Of a stretch of DNA of 64,000 bases, positions 1-9,464 are shown piece by piece (position 1 is the stretch's first letter; each line of letters starts with the position of its first letter). The translations under genes and the position numbers were made by a program. Location of the stretch: positions 56,333 through 120,332 of the IMG/VR virus record IMGVR_UViG_3300028260_000001. The stretch is one strand, 5' to 3'. Source of the DNA: a virus. Lineage: Duplodnaviria; Heunggongvirae; Uroviricota; Caudoviricetes. The notes under the pieces were generated by a model. That model was not told the origin of the DNA and ran no database searches. It saw only the letters and a list, made by a program, of their open reading frames with translations.

Positions 1-1050
1 CGAGTGTTCAGCGAAGTTTACACGACGCAGAGACTGACCATTATCCATAGCCCATTGAGCTACACCGTGTTGCTGAACCAGTTCAGGGAACAGTGCACAC
101 AGTTCACCCCAGGTAACGTAACCACGCTCCATGTAATTCGCACGTTCTTTCAGGATAGCCAGGAACGTGTTGGTATGGATGTTGTTGTTAGCTGCGTGAG
201 CCTGAGCTTCGCCATACAGATGCTCTTTCGAGTTAGCTGCAACGTTGCCGTACTGATCGTCACCGAGCATGTCAGCTTCACGAACCGAATGCTGGAATGC
301 GTTCAGGGTGTTCGACACGTAACGGACTGGAGAAGTATCCTGACGATGGGAATACTGATAAGCTCCACACTCACCAACCATAGTACGGTGATCGTGCATG
401 CGATTGATCTGACCATTGAACCGGCCAGTGTTTTGCAGACGTTCACAGATAGCTGTGGTTTGACCGATCGAGAAGATATCTTCAGGACGGATCAGGTGAG
501 ACGATGCTGCACTGAACAGACCATTGTTACCGGCCATCATGTCGACTGGAGTAACGATCTGGTTTGCCGACATTACCTTGGCAAACTTCTGCAAGCCCAT
601 TGGGGTGTTCTGCATCGTTTCAGCGATGACAGTTTCGGAGTTGAAATACACCCGCATTTGTGGATCGAGGTTATTGCCATAACTCACATCACACTGATCG
701 GTATAGATGAAGAAGATCCGCTGGGTAGAGGAACTCTTCACGATAGCATGTTCTTCGTGAACACGGATCATGCCGCGGAAGCGACGGGACTTCCAACCGT
801 CACCGCTGATGTTGATGGCACCTTCGGTCATTGCTGCTGGCTGAACAATGGTACCGGCAATGTCCTGCACTGCCGCAACCCCCAGGTTCATACCACCGCG
901 AGTTGCCGAAACCAGTTGGTTGATGGCTGCATCGGTCACGCTCATTTGGAACGGACGGATGTGTTGTTCTTGGTAAGTACCGGATTGAACCAGGACGAGA
1001 CTACCGATACGGACGTTTGCATTACCCATACCGGACATGGCGTTGTACAT
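1..1050 (-). CDS. picA: Phage-nucleus protein import factor PicA/Imp1 (phiKZ gp69-like), 3' end outside window
   Basis: Manual translation from ATG at 1050 (MYNAMSGMGNANVRIGSLVLVQSGTYQEQHIRPFQM...) is open to the window edge, with GAGG RBS upstream. Lies directly downstream of the gp68-like gene, which is the conserved position of gp69/PicA. Assignment mainly by synteny. Confidence 0.7.
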   Translation of the reverse strand, partial: MYNAMSGMGNANVRIGSLVLVQSGTYQEQHIRPFQMSVTDAAINQLVSATRGGMNLGVAAVQDIAGTIVQPAAMTEGAINISGDGWKSRRFRGMIRVHEEHAIVKSSSTQRIFFIYTDQCDVSYGNNLDPQMRVYFNSETVIAETMQNTPMGLQKFAKVMSANQIVTPVDMMAGNNGLFSAASSHLIRPEDIFSIGQTTAICERLQNTGRFNGQINRMHDHRTMVGECGAYQYSHRQDTSPVRYVSNTLNAFQHSVREADMLGDDQYGNVAANSKEHLYGEAQAHAANNNIHTNTFLAILKERANYMERGYVTWGELCALFPELVQQHGVAQWAMDNGQSLRRVNFAEHS

Positions 1051-1065
1051 GTAACTACCTCTTGC

Positions 1066-2640
1066 TTACTTGTTGAGACGACCCAGATGCAGAACGAGTT
1101 CTGTCAGTGTGGCCTTGATTGTCTGCGGGATGACCAGGACATTGTTACTGGTTGGTTGACCAGCTTCTTTATACAGTTCATCCGGTCCACGATAGATCCA
1201 ATTGGAAGCATGGATCGACGCGGTGGCTGTGCTGATTGCAGTAGCAGCCATGTTTTCAGTACGCATTGGAACACCAGCATTGGTATACTGGGGTGCCTTT
1301 TGGTGAGGGAACAGCTCGTTCAACTCGTCTTTATAACGGTTGGGGATACGAGAGTTCGTACGAGTAGAACCCAGTTGATACTGAGAACCCGATTCACCTT
1401 GTTTCAACAACTCCACTTGCTGGAACACAGCAATGTCCAGGAAGCCCCAATGCCAGAGCAACGCTTGAGAGATCGCCAGCATGTTGTTCGCAGCCACTTT
1501 GTTAATGTGGTAGAACGCTTTTGCTGGGAATGCCTTAGCCATTACCCATTGCGCAATCTTGACTTGGTGTGGGTTGATCGAAACGTTTGACACGTTTTGG
1601 ATCGCATTGATGCAGAGCTGGAGTTTGTTCAGGTCGACCGTAGGATCAACTTTCGTTGCCAACTTCACATAGTCAAAGGTATCCAAGTTAAATGCTTCAA
1701 TGTCCCCAGGTGGAACACGATGCTTTGTCTTGTGTGCTTCGAGGAACGAAGTCTTTTCATCTTCATCGCCACCCGATTCAGGTTTCTTTTCATTAACCCG
1801 TTCAGCAGTGGTGCGTTCGTTCGGATTGATGATGCTACGAACGTAACGATAAGCGTTAGCTACGATGGAGAACGAAGTGATATCGTCCAGCGGTACAATC
1901 GTCAGTCGACGTACCAGCACTTTGGATCGCAGGTGTACAGGAACTTCAACTGTGGACATGCCGCGCCACAGTCGACCGAGAGTAGTGGGTTCATCTTCCA
2001 CACAGAACTGCACATAGCCAGCCAGTTTGTCGAAGGCAGTATCAACTTCTTCGCCGTGAGGACCTACTTCGTTTACAGGCCAATTCGAAACTTCACAATC
2101 GTGCAACAAACCCAAGACTTCGGTTTCTTTGTTGTGGTCATACTCGGAACTGCTTTCGAGATATTCACCAAAGATCGGAATCATGGGACGAATAGCCAAC
2201 GAGCAAGTAGCCAGGTTGATATATTCGTGTTCGAGATACGTTTGCTCTTTCTTGTTGTAGCGAGACTCCGCAGTAATCTTTCGTTCGATCTCAACTGGGA
2301 TGAACAAGTTACCCATGGTGGTCAACCAACGTCTCATGCCATTCATCGGCATGTGCGTATACATCTCACGAATGAAATGTCGCAGCGACATTGCTACACG
2401 CATGGTATCCAGAGACATGTTCAGGATCTCATGGATGCGCTGATACGACTCCCAGATCTTCTGTTGCTTTTCGTCACCAAGGAAATCCCAGTAACTGTTG
2501 ATTTCTTTGAATACCCTCTGCTGATCGTTCAGCTTTACCTTGCAGTAGATCTTCGTGGAGAACGTTAGCTTTTGGCCATTGTGCTCCGCAGTTACTTCAG
2601 TGAATCCAGAACCCTGAATTCCTGTTACGAGAAGCTGCAT
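1066..2640 (-). CDS. Non-virion RNA polymerase specificity (sigma-like) subunit, phiKZ gp68-like
   Basis: 524 aa; size and position between chmC and picA match gp68 homologues; early promoter immediately upstream. Confidence 0.75.
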   Translation of the reverse strand: MQLLVTGIQGSGFTEVTAEHNGQKLTFSTKIYCKVKLNDQQRVFKEINSYWDFLGDEKQQKIWESYQRIHEILNMSLDTMRVAMSLRHFIREMYTHMPMNGMRRWLTTMGNLFIPVEIERKITAESRYNKKEQTYLEHEYINLATCSLAIRPMIPIFGEYLESSSEYDHNKETEVLGLLHDCEVSNWPVNEVGPHGEEVDTAFDKLAGYVQFCVEDEPTTLGRLWRGMSTVEVPVHLRSKVLVRRLTIVPLDDITSFSIVANAYRYVRSIINPNERTTAERVNEKKPESGGDEDEKTSFLEAHKTKHRVPPGDIEAFNLDTFDYVKLATKVDPTVDLNKLQLCINAIQNVSNVSINPHQVKIAQWVMAKAFPAKAFYHINKVAANNMLAISQALLWHWGFLDIAVFQQVELLKQGESGSQYQLGSTRTNSRIPNRYKDELNELFPHQKAPQYTNAGVPMRTENMAATAISTATASIHASNWIYRGPDELYKEAGQPTSNNVLVIPQTIKATLTELVLHLGRLNK

Positions 2641-2670
2641 TCAATTTCCTTCATGCTGTTAACGCAAATT

Positions 2671-2694
2671 AGTAATATAGATCTGAGATTTTTT
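2671..2694 (-). promoter_or_regulatory. Early (virion RNAP) promoter motif
   Basis: Minus strand reads AAAAAATCTCAGATCTATATTACT, containing the phiKZ early consensus TATATTAC, about 30 nt upstream of the gp68-like start. Confidence 0.8.
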
Positions 2695-2710
2695 GGAGTC
2701 CTACGATCGG

Positions 2711-2738
2711 GGCATAGAACATCCTCGTTCGGAGGATG
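2711..2738 (-). terminator. Intrinsic terminator after chmC
   Basis: CATCCTC/GAGGATG hairpin followed by TTCTATGCC on the minus strand. Confidence 0.6.
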
Positions 2739-2752
2739 CTAAATGCTTTTTA

Positions 2753-3502
2753 TCAGAATGCCATTACGTCGCCGAAACCACCGTCATCTTGGAAGCCGCC
2801 GTTACCACCACCGCCGGAATTACCGCCACGGTTGTAGTTGTTGTTACCACCGCCATTACCACCGCGGTTGAAGTTATTACCGCCACCACCATTACCACCA
2901 CCGAAGTTGGCTGGGTTGGCTACGTTCTTCGCGTTGGCGTCGAACTGGGTAACCATCAGGTTGTAGACGATTGCTTCAGCTGGAACCAGGTAGCCGATAG
3001 CGTAAGCTTCAGACATCTCTTTCGGAGTGATTTCAGAACCATCACCGTTTTGGATGCTGTGATACTTCGAAGGACCGAAGTAGAAAGGAACTCGTGGGCG
3101 ACTGGACTTGGTGCTCAGTACTGCCATGTACACACGACCGTCTTGTGCACGACCGATTTCCCATTTGGACAGAGCGATCACCTTGTCCATTTTCTTACCC
3201 GCCAAGAAATCGTCTTGGTAGATGAATACACGTTTCTGAGGAACGTCAGGAACGTTGTTAACCAGTTGTTTCACATAGTGCATTGCTGCTGCGAAAGTAG
3301 CGAGGTCCATACGGAAATCAATCTTACCGTGGTTTTCGTCACCTTCAACACCAGTCTTAACTACGATGGTCGGCACGTTGCCGCGTACGTTAAAACGAAT
3401 CGATGGACGTTTGCTCGAACCCTGTACCGGTTGTGCGTACAACCAGGTGGACATTACCGAGAAAGCGTTCAGGATTGGTGCTGGAATGTTGCCTTGAGAC
3501 AT
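2753..3502 (-). CDS. chmC: Nucleus-associated RNA-binding protein ChmC (Whirly-like fold with Gly/Asn-rich tail)
   Basis: 249 aa; low-complexity C-tail GGGNGGGGNNFNRGGNGGGNNNYNRGG ending DDGGFGDVMAF; position immediately upstream of the gp68-like gene matches ChmC homologues. Confidence 0.75.
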   Translation of the reverse strand: MSQGNIPAPILNAFSVMSTWLYAQPVQGSSKRPSIRFNVRGNVPTIVVKTGVEGDENHGKIDFRMDLATFAAAMHYVKQLVNNVPDVPQKRVFIYQDDFLAGKKMDKVIALSKWEIGRAQDGRVYMAVLSTKSSRPRVPFYFGPSKYHSIQNGDGSEITPKEMSEAYAIGYLVPAEAIVYNLMVTQFDANAKNVANPANFGGGNGGGGNNFNRGGNGGGNNNYNRGGNSGGGGNGGFQDDGGFGDVMAF

Positions 3503-3582
3503 GTTGATACTCCGATCGGATATTCTTTTTTGATGCCCGCTGCGCTTGCGGGTTTAGTCACGTAGCATAAAGCTACCCAGTA

Positions 3583-4416
3583 TTATTTCCTGAGCAGCTT
3601 ATACAGATCGCGAAGTTCTTGTGAGGATGACATGATGTCATGGTAAAACTTATCGGGTGTCGTGATACCCGTCCACTTCTTATCCTTCGATAACTGCTTG
3701 AGTTCTTCGCGAATCTTCCGTGGTTGCTGCGGATCAATGAGTTCTCCATCACCAAACACTTGGAGCGTAAACTCCGTGAATGGCATGGGGTACTCATTTT
3801 CTTTTATGCCGTTTAGCTTCGTATACCAGGTGTTATACGTTTTCAGTTTCCCTGTGTGGGATTCCAATAACAGCAAACGACTGAACTGCGGTTTCCACAA
3901 CAGTTCATGAGGGTAATGTGTTACGAGTGCAACAATACCTTCACCTGATTTAGGTTTCTGGTCAATCTCCATTACGTCCATACCAGCAGCTTTCATTTGC
4001 TGGTACAGTTCAATAGCGACGAATCGCTCGAACATTACGTACGCTAGTTGCTTCGGAGTCTTTGCTTCTTTGAAGTTAGCTTTAGGGAACATCCATTTCA
4101 CTGCATCCTTAGACGCTAGGTAATAACGGATCTTCCCAGTAAAGCCTTGTTGTGCTAAAGCTACCGGAAGCGTTTGCACTTCCGTTAGCAGAACCGCTAC
4201 AGAGTTGGTGTAATCCATCTCTAGAGCTTTGTCGGTTGGTACAGCTTGGAACAAGTTACGGGCCAGTGTTCGGAGGTTGATCCAAACGGTTTGAATCGTC
4301 TTGACGTTGGTCGGTTGTTTGGGCTGATTTGGATGAATTCCCAGCAAACCTTCGAATGCAAGAGAGGTGCCGATACTGACCGGTATCTGCCCCACATCAC
4401 GTTCGATGATATCCAT
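3583..4416 (-). CDS. Conserved Chimalliviridae protein (phiKZ gp66 position), function uncertain
   Basis: 277 aa ORF tightly packed between sbcD and chmC. Confidence 0.6.
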   Translation of the reverse strand: MDIIERDVGQIPVSIGTSLAFEGLLGIHPNQPKQPTNVKTIQTVWINLRTLARNLFQAVPTDKALEMDYTNSVAVLLTEVQTLPVALAQQGFTGKIRYYLASKDAVKWMFPKANFKEAKTPKQLAYVMFERFVAIELYQQMKAAGMDVMEIDQKPKSGEGIVALVTHYPHELLWKPQFSRLLLLESHTGKLKTYNTWYTKLNGIKENEYPMPFTEFTLQVFGDGELIDPQQPRKIREELKQLSKDKKWTGITTPDKFYHDIMSSSQELRDLYKLLRK

Positions 4417-4425
4417 GTATTGCCT

Positions 4426-5565
4426 CTACGCCAGTTCGTTCAATCGCTGCAAGCATCTCATCATTGACGCTTCGTCAGGAGCGAACTTCGCCAACGCCGG
4501 TACCAGAAGTTCTCTGATTGAATCACGGGTAATCGCTTTGAACTGAGACATGTCAAATGCCTGGAAAGTTTCAGCGACTGTATTCTTCTTCGATTCGACT
4601 TTATCTACCGTTACAGTCCAGTCGTACTGAGGATACTCTTTCTTGTAGACATCAATGTCTCCGTTAGCAACATCATTCGGGTTACAACGCAAACGAATTG
4701 CGGAACCCCTTACGAGACCTTTGATGAACTCTTTGATCGCGAAGTTTAGTTGCTTAGTATCCATGCCATGGCATTCCAAGGTAACGTACTTCTTTGCCCC
4801 TCGGTTCTCGATGAATACGTTCTCCCAAGTACCGTCTTGTTTGACAGTGACTTTGAACATACCCTTAGCGCCTTCGTCATTATGACAAATACGGTCAAAG
4901 CTACCCGCAGCTAGAATCCGATCACGAATAGTCATGAGATGAACATGACCAATCAAAATCTGGTGTCTAACTAACTTGAGGTATTCTTCCTCGTTGTGGG
5001 TTGGCTCTGGAACAATGGCTGGGAGCTGATACGAGAATGCACCGTGCATAATAGCAAAGTCAACTTTCTCGATACCCAGTTCATCCATTTGTTTCTTTAC
5101 TTCTGCCAACGTTACGTCAGTAGAAGGGTTGTGCTTGTCTGGCACATACAAGAAGTATGCATCTAACTTCTCGATGTACTCAATCGAAAGGTTCTTAGTG
5201 TAATGCAGATCAACATTGATGTTAGCGTTGATTCGCTGTTCGGGGAAGAAACGAGATTGCTCTCGGTCATGGCTCGGTGTACCTTCAACGATCCGGATCA
5301 TTACGTTGTATGCTTCGCATCGAAGCATCAACATAGTCATCCATCGGTTGATTTGGTGCACGACTTCATCACCGTTGTTGAGTTGTCGATCAAACAGGTC
5401 ACCTGTAATAATCAACATGTCTACTTCTTTCAACAGTTCATCCGTAATGGTTAGATCCAAGTTACGGATAATCAGTGAAGCGGGAGTAGAACGATGCCCT
5501 AAGTGGACATCGCCTAAACTCAGGTAACGAAAGACGCCTGGCTTTTTAGTTAGATCAGTCTTCAT
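4426..5565 (-). CDS. sbcD: SbcD/Mre11-like metallophosphoesterase nuclease
   Basis: Motifs GDVHLG, ITGDLFD, EGTPSHD, MHGAF, IGHVH are in the canonical calcineurin-like order. Confidence 0.9.
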   Translation of the reverse strand: MKTDLTKKPGVFRYLSLGDVHLGHRSTPASLIIRNLDLTITDELLKEVDMLIITGDLFDRQLNNGDEVVHQINRWMTMLMLRCEAYNVMIRIVEGTPSHDREQSRFFPEQRINANINVDLHYTKNLSIEYIEKLDAYFLYVPDKHNPSTDVTLAEVKKQMDELGIEKVDFAIMHGAFSYQLPAIVPEPTHNEEEYLKLVRHQILIGHVHLMTIRDRILAAGSFDRICHNDEGAKGMFKVTVKQDGTWENVFIENRGAKKYVTLECHGMDTKQLNFAIKEFIKGLVRGSAIRLRCNPNDVANGDIDVYKKEYPQYDWTVTVDKVESKKNTVAETFQAFDMSQFKAITRDSIRELLVPALAKFAPDEASMMRCLQRLNELA

Positions 5566-6199
5566 CTTCTTCGTCAGTAAAACAGCTGGATGGCGCAGAC
5601 AAAGACTGCGCCGCCTCCTTTTGTTTGTCTGCTGACGGAGGTAGTGAATCTTTGCCCAGTGGGTTTGCGGCGTTGGCAGTTACATCGAGCTCTTTGCCAT
5701 ACCCTTGTAGGATACGGTGGATGGGTAAAAGAATATCATCGATTGTATCTGGCAGAATCGTGATACGTTGTAAGTAACTACGCATGGTATCGTCAATCAG
5801 ACCGAGTTGGTTCAGATCTCGATATCGATTCATGTTGTGGATAACATCGCCCACTGACAACCCGCCGTCCATTTGAGGAACAGTGGTTCGTGGCGTACGG
5901 ATCAAAGGTGGTACTACATGCAATACCTTGTTTCGATCGTGGTCATCTACAACTTTGAGAGGCATCATCATATCAACGACGAAGCGTTGATACTTTTTAC
6001 GGTTCTCCGGTACAAGGATCTTCTCCAGTAACGGAATAACCTGTTTGACAAATGCCGACTCATTAATAGTCGGCAAGTTACTGTCTACAGCCGCAAGGAT
6101 CTCTGAGGCATACTTCTTAGGTCGTTCCCCCATTTCCCTTGCAATGCGTTCTTCACGCGCTGACTGGGTCTGCACCGGCTTCGGTTGCGGGAATTCCAT
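5555..6199 (-). CDS. Conserved hypothetical protein
   Basis: Likely start MEFPQP at 6199 with AAGGA RBS; overlaps the sbcD start. Confidence 0.6.
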   Translation of the reverse strand: MEFPQPKPVQTQSAREERIAREMGERPKKYASEILAAVDSNLPTINESAFVKQVIPLLEKILVPENRKKYQRFVVDMMMPLKVVDDHDRNKVLHVVPPLIRTPRTTVPQMDGGLSVGDVIHNMNRYRDLNQLGLIDDTMRSYLQRITILPDTIDDILLPIHRILQGYGKELDVTANAANPLGKDSLPPSADKQKEAAQSLSAPSSCFTDEEDED

Positions 6200-6689
6200 G
6201 GGTTGTATCCTTTTCAGCAAGGGAGATCTGGAACCATTTGGTTTCACCATCTGCCAGCAGGTTACTGGACAAGAAGAATTTAGCCAGTTCTTCAGTACCT
6301 GTGTTCATGACACTTTCCGGATCATGGCTGGTGGAGAAGTCCAGGTGATCACCGGTTCGTTTTACTACGACCGAGTTTCCTGTACCCACTGGAACTTCAA
6401 CAGCGGCGTAGTCTTCAGCCGTTGGTTCAGATGCAGCGGCAGCTAGCAGTTGGTCAGACAGGTTATGGAACACGCCACCGAAGGCTTGCATTACTTTCTT
6501 GGTGAATGCCAGCTCACTGGTGCGTACCAGATCTACCAGTTCTTTGAAGCTGGATTCCAGCGAAGCATTGCGTTTCTCCAGGGCAGCCAGACGCATCTCC
6601 GATTGAGCGAGACGTTTCAGGGTTACGTCTTCTGGCGACAGTGCGACTTCTTCTGGTTTTTCGATGAACAGTTGGTCAGTATGTTGCAT
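6153..6689 (-). CDS. Hypothetical protein with N-terminal coiled coil
   Basis: 178 aa; abuts the upstream ORF; heptad-like LAQSEMRLAALEKRNASLESSF. Confidence 0.55.
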   Translation of the reverse strand: MQHTDQLFIEKPEEVALSPEDVTLKRLAQSEMRLAALEKRNASLESSFKELVDLVRTSELAFTKKVMQAFGGVFHNLSDQLLAAAASEPTAEDYAAVEVPVGTGNSVVVKRTGDHLDFSTSHDPESVMNTGTEELAKFFLSSNLLADGETKWFQISLAEKDTTHGIPATEAGADPVSA

Positions 6690-7097
6690 TTATACACCGT
6701 TATTCAATTTAGCGATTTTGAGTACGCGTGAGTCTTGGAATTGTACCATCCAACCCACGGTAAATGTTTTGCTGTCAGTAACGACGTACCCGGTGAAGTT
6801 GATCGTGTATTGTGAAGGTTTTTCTGCATCCTCCACAACTGTCACGTTGGCATATGAATCAGCATTGAACGCTGCTTTTAGTTTGGCATCGAGTTCATCT
6901 TGCAACTTTGTTTCCAGATCCAACATGCGGTTAGCATAGATCTTCAACAGGTATTGCAAAGTGATGTTTTGATCACGGTGTGTTACCGTCATCGAATGAT
7001 TCGATTCCATAAAGCAGGCGATAATGTAGTCAGCCTTATCTTCGGGATGGTCGATCCAACCTTTCAATCCCATCGTCGGGATATATTTTTCAGCCAT
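6690..7097 (-). CDS. Conserved hypothetical protein
   Basis: 135 aa ORF in operon context. Confidence 0.6.
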   Translation of the reverse strand: MAEKYIPTMGLKGWIDHPEDKADYIIACFMESNHSMTVTHRDQNITLQYLLKIYANRMLDLETKLQDELDAKLKAAFNADSYANVTVVEDAEKPSQYTINFTGYVVTDSKTFTVGWMVQFQDSRVLKIAKLNNGV

Positions 7098-7156
7098 TGG
7101 GTTACCCTATTCTCTCGTTGAGTCATAGAGTAAGCCGAAAGAAAAAATAAACGCTA

Positions 7157-7172
7157 GGGGGCCGAAGCCCCC
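7157..7172 (-). terminator. Intrinsic terminator
   Basis: GGGGGC-TTCG-GCCCCC hairpin followed by a T-rich tract on the minus strand. Confidence 0.7.
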
Positions 7173-7178
7173 ATGGTT

Positions 7179-7586
7179 TTACTTCAGACGCAGAGCCTTT
7201 TCAACAGGCAGCTCTGCCAACACACGGATCCAATCTTTGATTGGAGAGCCGAAGGTAACTTGCACAGACTGGCTGAGTTTGACGCTCTCGCCTTCTGCTG
7301 CATCGTTACCATCATTGGTGATCGATACGAGACGATCACCTTCGAATTCGAGGGTAAAGGTGTGACGACCGGAAGTATGCTTCATACCGGCGGCCAGAGG
7401 ATTCACCAGGTTCTTGAATGCAGCAGGTGGGACGAAACGGATTTCGTATTGCTTGCCTTCGAAGTAGATATCGTAATGACCAGTTTCGGTGTTGTAGACC
7501 AGAGCAAACGATTCATTTTCTTCGAATACACGGATGCCACGTTTCTTTGCAGTTGGGGTTGGTACAGTGCCAGTTGGTGCAATCAT
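7179..7586 (-). CDS. Hypothetical protein
   Basis: 135 aa with AGGAA RBS. Confidence 0.6.
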   Translation of the reverse strand: MIAPTGTVPTPTAKKRGIRVFEENESFALVYNTETGHYDIYFEGKQYEIRFVPPAAFKNLVNPLAAGMKHTSGRHTFTLEFEGDRLVSITNDGNDAAEGESVKLSQSVQVTFGSPIKDWIRVLAELPVEKALRLK

Positions 7587-7594
7587 GGTGTTTC

Positions 7595-8020
7595 CTATTT
7601 ATAGAAAGAAGTTGCTGGGGTGAGTGTAGTTACCCGCAGCATCGATGCCAGTTTATGGGTGTGTGGAACTTGCAGTGTGTTAAACACAGCCCCATGGTTG
7701 TTTGTGATCTTGACGATTGCGAAGAGGTTGCGGATTCTCTCGCATTCAATAAAGAGGTCGAGTACTTTAATCGTGAATGTTTCACCTGGTTTTACAACAG
7801 GCTGGAAATCACAACCACTGAGATCAATCGTCAGTTCAGAACGATTACCGATGGTCCATCGAGCATCATCGGGTTTCAGCTCCAACTGCAGATATTTTGG
7901 TGGTGGCGGGTTTTCCAATTCTCGACGGAGTGCCGCTAGCTGCGTATGACTGTAGTTGTAACCACCACCGCCACCATCGTCACAACCGATTTGATATACA
8001 GGTTTGTTTGGATTAAACAT
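7595..8020 (-). CDS. Hypothetical protein
   Basis: 141 aa ORF in operon context. Confidence 0.55.
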   Translation of the reverse strand: MFNPNKPVYQIGCDDGGGGGYNYSHTQLAALRRELENPPPPKYLQLELKPDDARWTIGNRSELTIDLSGCDFQPVVKPGETFTIKVLDLFIECERIRNLFAIVKITNNHGAVFNTLQVPHTHKLASMLRVTTLTPATSFYK

Positions 8021-8033
8021 AAAGCCCTCAAAA

Positions 8034-8053
8034 AGCCTCCCCGAAGGGAGGCT
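8034..8053 (-). terminator. Intrinsic terminator
   Basis: AGCCTCCC-TTCG-GGGAGGCT hairpin followed by TTTT. Confidence 0.75.
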
Positions 8054-8062
8054 CTTATGTTG

Positions 8063-8671
8063 TTAGCCCAACATCAACCCTTCAGGTGATGTCGGATCCA
8101 TTTCAGCGGCGCTCAGCATATCTGGAATCTGATTCCAGGTACGGAGAATGTCTACTTTCTCGAAGACGGTCAGTTCAGCATCGTCTCGAGTATCTTCGAC
8201 ATACTGCGTATATTGGAAGCCTTCATCTTGAACGGTTACAATACCATCCATGACTCGACGCCAATCATAGTGCTTAGCACCAACACCATCGCCATGCAGG
8301 TTCTCATAGGTCTCGCCATAACCACTGACTTCACCATTGAGATACATCTTGCGCAGATCTTCCTGAGCCATGATGTACCGCTGCATTACAATCGGTGCTG
8401 CTTGAATCTGCTCGATCGAATTCAGATACGTGATCGTGTTCGATTGCCACGCGTTCTCAGCTTTGACTGTCAGGTTCCGCAGAGCCTGAACTGCATCGCT
8501 AGTCGAGATCATCGTGTACAGAGATGCCGCTTGATTGAAGAAGCCTTGTGCTGCTGTTGAGATTGTTGCACGTAGTGCATCAGAACGATCACCCAGCCAA
8601 GACTGAGTGCCCATATCCAAATGTCCACCTGCACAGATGTCTAACAAATCGACACCATGTGCTTGCATCAT
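8063..8671 (-). CDS. Conserved Chimalliviridae protein with its own early promoter
   Basis: 202 aa; flanked by a promoter (8702) and a terminator (8034). Confidence 0.65.
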   Translation of the reverse strand: MMQAHGVDLLDICAGGHLDMGTQSWLGDRSDALRATISTAAQGFFNQAASLYTMISTSDAVQALRNLTVKAENAWQSNTITYLNSIEQIQAAPIVMQRYIMAQEDLRKMYLNGEVSGYGETYENLHGDGVGAKHYDWRRVMDGIVTVQDEGFQYTQYVEDTRDDAELTVFEKVDILRTWNQIPDMLSAAEMDPTSPEGLMLG

Positions 8672-8701
8672 AGGAATTCCCCTTTTTTGTCTGTGCCCAT
8701 A

Positions 8702-8720
8702 AGTGATATAGATCTGAGAT
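8702..8720 (-). promoter_or_regulatory. Early promoter motif
   Basis: Minus strand ATCTCAGATCTATATCACT, a variant of the repeated motif. Confidence 0.75.
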
Positions 8721-8760
8721 CCATTGGATCACTCTAGCTGTATACAGTTAGGGACGTGAG

Positions 8761-8994
8761 TTAAATCTTGCTGAGTTGGTACAGTCTGACTTTTCGATCA
8801 GGCCACTCTGGTTCTAATGCGAACTGATGACCTACATCTAAGAACCAATGATTGCCGTCTTCATCAATTGCTCGACGATGATTACACACCCGTCCCCAGA
8901 TCTTTCCTCGTACCCACCATAAGTGATAACGAGAACCCACTAGGATGAACCCTTCAGTGCCAGGTGGATAGCAGTTCAGTTCATTGACAAACAT
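8761..8994 (-). CDS. Hypothetical protein
   Basis: 77 aa ORF abutting the upstream gene. Confidence 0.5.
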   Translation of the reverse strand: MFVNELNCYPPGTEGFILVGSRYHLWWVRGKIWGRVCNHRRAIDEDGNHWFLDVGHQFALEPEWPDRKVRLYQLSKI

Positions 8995-9462
8995 TCACTC
9001 ACCCGTAATGATGTCATGACATGGATGGAGTTCACGGTGTACGTATCGTTCCTGTGCTCTCTTACCGCCATCTTTTCCAGATCCGTACTTCGGGTAATCA
9101 AAGTGATGACTAATACCGACCTCTTCGATTTCGCCGTCACGCTCACGTCGTTTTACAAAGTGATTGATGTACGGACTACTCTTGACAAAGATGTATTCGT
9201 CCAGCAGCTTGTTATCAGGCGACAGAATCACCTGAATAACATGGTCTTTGACATTGAAGGTGTATGGTTGGAAGTTGCTTTCAAACACAACCTCAAACGT
9301 TCCGTTTAACATGCACCAGGTATATCCACCCAAGACGACAAAAACGGGGTACTCGACCCCGTTTTCTTTTACAACCCATACACCTGTAGGATAGCTCCTA
9401 TAGATGGTGACTGTGTCGCATGTGGTGAACATCTCGGGGCTATGCCGATTGTTCACTTTCAT
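8995..9462 (-). CDS. Hypothetical protein
   Basis: Likely start MKVNN at 9462, just after the beta-prime stop. Confidence 0.5.
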   Translation of the reverse strand: MKVNNRHSPEMFTTCDTVTIYRSYPTGVWVVKENGVEYPVFVVLGGYTWCMLNGTFEVVFESNFQPYTFNVKDHVIQVILSPDNKLLDEYIFVKSSPYINHFVKRRERDGEIEEVGISHHFDYPKYGSGKDGGKRAQERYVHRELHPCHDIITGE

Positions 9463-9464
9463 GT